Of a stretch of 14,188 nucleotides of DNA, positions 10,585-14,188 are shown piece after piece. How positions within the stretch are numbered: position 1 is the first letter of the stretch; every line of letters begins with the position of its first letter. The notes beneath the pieces were generated by a model, which made no database searches, was not told where the DNA came from, and saw only the letters and a list, made by a program, of their open reading frames with translations. The DNA is from a virus: the UHGV virus genome UHGV-1657534. The stretch is one strand, 5' to 3'. Both the position numbers and the translations under genes were made by a program.

Positions 10585-10666
10585 GTTGAGAACACTGGTT
10601 GTCACGCTGCAACGCAACATTTATTCGTAGATTGGGATATGACCCCGTTACGCCAGTGTTCTCAAC
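10585..10666. repeat. perfect 14-bp inverted repeat (GTTGAGAACACTGG / CCAGTGTTCTCAAC) enclosing a tRNA-like fragment
   Basis: Arms at 10585-10598 and 10653-10666 are exact reverse complements separated by 54 bp. The loop contains a second copy of the GTAGATTGGGATATGACCCCGTTAC block. It is preceded at 10560-10583 by CATCAGCCTGTGCATTCACCACAA, repeated at 10989-11012. Confidence 0.6.
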
Positions 10667-10811
10667 GTTGTAGTGCCGGTTACGGTTCCGGCCAGGCCTC
10701 TTCCTCAACGGGGTGTTCTCCATACGGACTACCGTTTATTGGTCGTTCCTGCGGTTTATGTTGTGAAGCCAGATGCTTATCTTCTGGTTGCTTCAAAGAG
10801 CTGCACTTCAT

Positions 10812-10879
10812 CACAACGGTAAGAGCACTCGATGCATTTAAGCCAAGCCCCATAAGGGAGAATGCCCTTACCTGTTGTG
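10812..10879. repeat. imperfect inverted repeat CACAACGGTAAG / CCCTTACCTGTTGTG (hairpin element, copy 1)
   Basis: Left arm 10812-10823, right arm 10865-10879. The same arm sequences recur at 11008-11023 / 11078-11094, and the right-arm motif alone at 11519-11533. Confidence 0.55.
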
Positions 10880-11007
10880 TTGTGATGACCGGTGCTGATC
10901 TCCGGCTTGCGGTTATTTCAGACTCTCACGGGCGTTTAATTGCCCCGCCGAACAGCTCTTTTCCGCAATAGCTGCAATGTCTTTCGCGCATCAGCCTGCG
11001 CATTCAT

Positions 11008-11094
11008 CACAACGGTAAGGGTACTTCGTAGGGATTCGAACCCTCTGCCAAGCTCGGCGATCTCCGACGTCGCAAAATACCCTTACCTGTTGTG
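11008..11094. repeat. imperfect inverted repeat CACAACGGTAAGGGTA / TACCCTTACCTGTTGTG abutting the tRNA-Thr 3' end (hairpin element, copy 2)
   Basis: About 16-bp arms flank 54 bp that contain a T-arm-like GTAGGGATTCGAACCCTC. The right arm ends 1 nt from the 3' end of tRNA-Thr (11096). Confidence 0.55.
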
Positions 11095-11095
11095 C

Positions 11096-11171
11096 TGGTG
11101 CCGATTAACGGACTCGAACCGCTGACATCCTGCTTACAAGGCAGGCGCTCTACCAACTGAGCTAAACCGGC
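11096..11171 (-). tRNA. tRNA-Thr (anticodon UGU)
   Basis: Minus-strand 76-nt GCCGGTTTAGCTCAGTTGGTAGAGCGCCTGCCTTGTAAGCAGGATGTCAGCGGTTCGAGTCCGTTAATCGGCACCA. Canonical cloverleaf with anticodon loop CTTGTAA and encoded CCA; acceptor arm resembles E. coli tRNA-Thr. Probably the P1 trnT equivalent. Confidence 0.85.
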
Positions 11172-11173
11172 AT

Positions 11174-11249
11174 TGGCGATGGTGGATGGATTTGAACCAT
11201 CGACCCGTTGATTAACAGTCAACCGCTCTAACCGCTGAGCTACACCATC
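11174..11249 (-). tRNA. tRNA-Asn (anticodon GUU)
   Basis: Minus-strand 76-nt GATGGTGTAGCTCAGCGGTTAGAGCGGTTGACTGTTAATCAACGGGTCGATGGTTCAAATCCATCCACCATCGCCA. Perfect acceptor, anticodon (GTTGA/TCAAC) and T stems, anticodon loop CTGTTAA, encoded CCA. Separated from tRNA-Thr by 2 nt. Probably the P1 trnA equivalent. Confidence 0.85.
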
Positions 11250-11714
11250 ACTTGCCGGGTACGTCTCCGGCGAGGGCTTCCACCTCCGTATGCTTTTCGG
11301 CGCACCGCGCCCTGGCTGCAATTCGGTAACAGGGGATGCACAACCCTGGCTTCCAGCGTGATTAGCGCCTTCAGCATGACGGGATATACCCGTAAATTCG
11401 TGGAACTGTACCCAAAGTGCTGTTAAGCACCGCTGTTACGCTGAAAAGAAGACGCAACAGGAAAGGACGCTGACCAACAGATGGCCCCTTCTCGTTCATC
11501 TGGTTAATCACACCAGCGCCCTTACCTGTTGTGCCTCCCCGTTCCCTAATACACAGACGGGGACACTCTGCGGTCGATTTTTTGACGGGGGACGACTCAT
11601 ACCCCGTGGCGTCTGGCTTCTTAGGCCGCTACCATCATCAGATCATCGTTTGCATTTACTTTAATGGTCAGTTTCTAAACCGCCGCAAAGTCGCTAACCA
11701 TGACGAAAACCCTG

Positions 11715-11740
11715 AAAAAAACGCCCACCCGAAGATGGGC
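11715..11740 (-). terminator. rho-independent terminator (UUCG tetraloop hairpin + U7) downstream of the methyltransferase gene
   Basis: The minus-strand RNA reads GCCCAUC-UUCG-GGUGGGC (7-bp stem including one G-U, UUCG loop; plus 11723-11740) followed by G and UUUUUUU (plus 11715-11721). It lies 185 nt downstream of the MTase stop codon. Confidence 0.6.
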
Positions 11741-11904
11741 AAACTGGAAGCTCGTAACGCACTTCGGTGTTGCCACTTAGGCGTATGGTCAACCTGGCAA
11801 CTCGGCGTCATGAGGGGGAAGGAGTCACTACCCCGCCATACTTGCCGCCGCGCCTGTCGCGGCTAACAGCTAAATCGCTCTATAAATCACGATTCATTGA
11901 GGCG

Positions 11905-11934
11905 ATATTACACTAATAAATTTATTAGAGCAAT
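11905..11934 (-). promoter_or_regulatory. P1 C1-repressor operator (17/17 consensus match) with overlapping inverted second site, embedded in a sigma70-like promoter
   Basis: The minus strand reads ATTGCTCTAATAAATTT (plus 11918-11934), identical to the P1 C1 operator consensus as I recall it. A second site in opposite orientation, ATTACACTAATAAATTT (plus 11907-11923, 15/17), overlaps it by 6 bp, giving the palindrome CTAATAAATTTATTAG. On the minus strand TTGCTC (-35), a 17-nt spacer and TAATAT (-10, plus 11905-11910) form a promoter reading toward the terminator and tRNA genes. The operator overlaps the last codons and tandem TAA TAA stops of the MTase gene. Confidence 0.6.
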
Positions 11935-14153
11935 ATTGCTATAACGTCATGAGCAACACCTCGAGTGTCCCCCTTACAAGACACAGAACGTCTGGCAAAA
12001 AGAGGTTCCACTCTGAAGCCACTGTCCTGATAAAGTTCTCTGATGTTTGGCGCGCCACTGTTAGTAATGAGAACCTTTGCACCTCGGCGATGAGCATCCG
12101 TCAACAGAGACACCAGGCGTTTTTGCTCTTCAAACTTAAAGTCATGACCGGAATAGTTCGTGAATCCCTCTGTATTTGGGAGCGGTTCATACGGCGGATC
12201 GCAAAAGATGACATCTCCTTCTCCGGCAGCTTCAATCACCGCAGCAAAATCACCACATACAAACTCAGAACGCCCTTCCGCACCAAGGAAGGCTTCCATC
12301 TCCTGCAATGGGAAATACGGAGTTTTATACTTCCCATAACCGACATTGAACTCACCGGCTTGGTTGTAACGCGTCAATCCGTTAAAACAATGTCGGTTCA
12401 GGAACAAAAACGCCGCTGCGCGATGTAAATCATCATAGACTTGTTTGTTAAACGCATTCCGTACTGCCAGGTATCCTTCCTGCGTGTTGTAGTCCTGGAA
12501 GAAACGATGTGCCAGAGTGATAAGTGAATGCGCCTCGCGTTGCAGAGTCTTGTAAAAGTTAATCAGGTCAGCATTCACATCATTTAGCAGATTTTCCTGG
12601 TATCCGGCATTCATGAAGACAGCTCCGCCACCAACGAAAGGTTCAATCAGGCGCTTCCCTTCTGGCAAATAGCGAAAGATTTGTTCCAGAACACCAAATT
12701 TTCCACCAGCCCATTTGAATATGGACCGTTCGAATTCTGCCGCTGGTTTAACTTTTCGCTCTTTTGTTTCACTTCCTTCTTTCTGCCGACATGCAGCCTT
12801 GGTAATCCGCTCGCCAATCCAGCGCATTACTGGTATCGCCATACTATTGCCGATCGCTTTGTAACGAGGTCCGTCAGCTGCAAGCATGGCGGCCTCTTCT
12901 TCACTTAAATCAGGATCGTGATTGCGAAGGTATATAAGTTCATCTGAAGTAACTTTCTTACGCTTTCCCGTTGGAATCAACGTATGTCCATCAGGAAAAC
13001 CTTGCAGCCTTTCACATTCGACAGGAGTCAGACGGCGAACGCTCATCATATGAGGTAAGTAACCATTCTCACCTAATTCGCCTTTTTCAATACTTTCCTG
13101 CCCCCAAAAAGATAACGCAACGGCGTCAGCTGTTGCGCGGGAATCAAGAGTAAAACTTATCTCTTTTTGCCACCCTTTACCCTGCGGTCCAGCATCATCT
13201 TTTCGCCCAATTTGTGCATGTTGTAGCGAATACGCAACAGCTGGTGGGCATCCCGCGTTTTGATTGCTATTAGCAGAGTTACCAGCTCGTAAAGTTGGGG
13301 AAATCTCACCACCCGCATCCTGCCCATAATTTTTGCTTGTAAACGCAATAGCTTTCTTGCAAGAAAACACAATTGGAGCTTCATGATTACAAGTAAGAGT
13401 AGGTGATGTCCCATCATTTTTTATTTCTGCCCCCCCTTGCCCATGCGCCATGCAATACACAAGTCCGCTGCCTCGCTGCGCAAAAATCTCTTGGTTACTT
13501 GCACCAATCCCACCAGTATTGTGTGACTGGTTAAGTGTCGGGTGAGGATTTACAGGGTTATCCCAATGGCTCCCGCTTTTAATGCCATTTCCAACATTTC
13601 CGGCAACTTCCTTCCCCTCGCCTCTGCTCGGCGCAATATCCCGGCGCACGCCTTCGAACTCAAAAAGTACCGTTGCGGGATCGAGGTCTGTTCGAGCACT
13701 TGCGACAACAAACACGCGTCGGCGTCGTTGTGCCACTCCGAAGTATTGGGCATCAAGGATTCTCCAGGCCACTTTTCGCTGCGGTCCATAAATACAACCA
13801 CACTGCGGCCACTTTGGAGCATGGCAACCGGTTTTGACATCCCACCGCCAGAATGCGTTACTTTTTCCTGATTCAGGTCGATCACCTGGTTCGAATGGCG
13901 CATCTTCTCCAGCCAATCCGGCAAGGAAACATCCGAAGGCGTTATCTGCCGATGACAAGACTCCTGGGACATTTTCCCAGACGATAACTGCTGGTTTGAG
14001 AAATGACTCAGCCCGTTTGTCGTCAATTGCATTTGCAAGCTCCACATACTTTAAAGTTAGCGCGCCACGCTCATCATCAAGCCCACCACCTAATCCCGCG
14101 ATACTGAATGCCTGACAAGGTGTTCCCCCGACGAGCACATCAGGGGATTCGAT
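11925..14153 (-). CDS. dmt: bifunctional DNA methyltransferase: C5-cytosine MTase domain fused to Dam-like N6-adenine MTase domain (P1 Dmt-like); 5' end truncated by contig end
   Basis: Single minus-strand frame of about 743 genomic codons. N-terminal part has C5-MTase motifs IV (GTPCQAFSIAG), VI (VIVWENVPG), VIII (VAQRRRRVFVVAS), IX (RRLTPVECERLQGFPDGH) and X (KAIGNSMAIPVMRW). C-terminal part aligns by eye with E. coli Dam (FKWAGGKFGVLEQIFRYLP..EPFVGGGAVFMN...NRHCFNGLTRYNQAGEFNVGYGKYKTPYF...CDPPYEPL). Motif I (FxGxGG) is absent because the ORF runs into the adapter; the ORF-track start is a GTG inside the adapter. Ends in tandem TAA TAA. Confidence 0.85.
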   Translation of the reverse strand: MESPDVLVGGTPCQAFSIAGLGGGLDDERGALTLKYVELANAIDDKRAESFLKPAVIVWENVPGVLSSADNAFGCFLAGLAGEDAPFEPGDRPESGKSNAFWRWDVKTGCHAPKWPQCGCIYGPQRKVAWRILDAQYFGVAQRRRRVFVVASARTDLDPATVLFEFEGVRRDIAPSRGEGKEVAGNVGNGIKSGSHWDNPVNPHPTLNQSHNTGGIGASNQEIFAQRGSGLVYCMAHGQGGAEIKNDGTSPTLTCNHEAPIVFSCKKAIAFTSKNYGQDAGGEISPTLRAGNSANSNQNAGCPPAVAYSLQHAQIGRKDDAGPQGKGWQKEISFTLDSRATADAVALSFWGQESIEKGELGENGYLPHMMSVRRLTPVECERLQGFPDGHTLIPTGKRKKVTSDELIYLRNHDPDLSEEEAAMLAADGPRYKAIGNSMAIPVMRWIGERITKAACRQKEGSETKERKVKPAAEFERSIFKWAGGKFGVLEQIFRYLPEGKRLIEPFVGGGAVFMNAGYQENLLNDVNADLINFYKTLQREAHSLITLAHRFFQDYNTQEGYLAVRNAFNKQVYDDLHRAAAFLFLNRHCFNGLTRYNQAGEFNVGYGKYKTPYFPLQEMEAFLGAEGRSEFVCGDFAAVIEAAGEGDVIFCDPPYEPLPNTEGFTNYSGHDFKFEEQKRLVSLLTDAHRRGAKVLITNSGAPNIRELYQDSGFRVEPLFARRSVSCKGDTRGVAHDVIAILL

Positions 14154-14188
14154 CTTTCTCTTATACACATCTCCGAGCCCACGAGACT
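14154..14188. other. Illumina Nextera adapter / Tn5 mosaic end, reverse-complement copy (sequencing artefact)
   Basis: 14157-14188 TCTCTTATACACATCTCCGAGCCCACGAGACT is the reverse complement of bases 3-34 of the window. There is one mismatch at 14156 and the last 2 nt are absent, so the exact genome/adapter boundary is uncertain within 14153-14157. Confidence 0.9.

Noticed and set aside
10222-10971. Plus-strand ORFs of 109 aa (10222-10551) and 139 aa (10552-10971) as real genes
   Set aside because: GTG/TTG starts without ribosome-binding sites, opposite strand to all flanking genes, and their shared peptide repeats derive from DNA repeats of tRNA-like elements. More likely non-coding.
10300-11100. 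CRISPR array or type III toxin-antitoxin RNA repeats
   Set aside because: Repeat units are of different lengths, shared in a patchwork rather than as regularly spaced identical direct repeats, and there is no adjacent cas or toxin gene.
11531-11866. 111-aa plus-strand ORF in the leader between the MTase and tRNA-Asn
   Set aside because: Arg/His/Cys-rich low-complexity translation, no RBS, and it overlaps the minus-strand terminator hairpin. Likely a spurious ORF in GC-rich non-coding DNA.
11949-14115. Plus-strand ORFs antisense to the methyltransferase gene (for example 11949-12428, 12681-12908, 13542-13871, 13834-14115)
   Set aside because: They lie entirely within the long, motif-supported minus-strand MTase frame and have no recognisable motifs. 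Typical antisense shadow ORFs.

Overview
14.2-kb contig bounded at both ends by inverted Illumina Nextera adapter / Tn5 mosaic-end sequence (1-37 and about 14154-14188), which is a technical artefact. The genomic content (38 to about 14153) looks like a segment of a bacteriophage P1-like (Punavirus-type) phage or phage-plasmid of Enterobacteriaceae. Left to right: a minus-strand operon (zinc-finger protein, VRR-NUC nuclease, one small ORF, one 3'-truncated ORF); a divergent promoter region; a six-gene plus-strand tail/baseplate-type operon (LysM/gpX-like protein, CxC..CxH zinc-finger protein, acidic protein, two unknowns, gpV/gp5-type baseplate spike) ending in a bidirectional terminator. The rest is on the minus strand, listed here in transcription order (high to low coordinate): a 5'-truncated bifunctional DNA methyltransferase (C5-cytosine MTase fused to a Dam-like N6-adenine MTase, Dmt-like); a perfect match to the P1 C1-repressor operator consensus overlapping its 3' end; an ORF-free structured leader with an intrinsic terminator; tRNA-Asn(GUU) and tRNA-Thr(UGU); a patchwork of degenerate tRNA-derived repeats; a small membrane protein plus SPFH/band-7 lipoprotein pair; tRNA-Ile(CAU); a DnaB-family helicase (Ban-like); and a translationally coupled GT-B glycosyltransferase-like gene. 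Six Chi octamers are present. I do not see a clearly new defence system. The most interesting unexplained elements are the repeat-rich C5/Dam fusion methyltransferase, the operator-controlled short transcript at its 3' end, the mosaic tRNA-like repeats, the SPFH membrane pair and the glycosyltransferase coupled to the helicase. All functional calls are motif recognition by eye; no database search or folding program was run.
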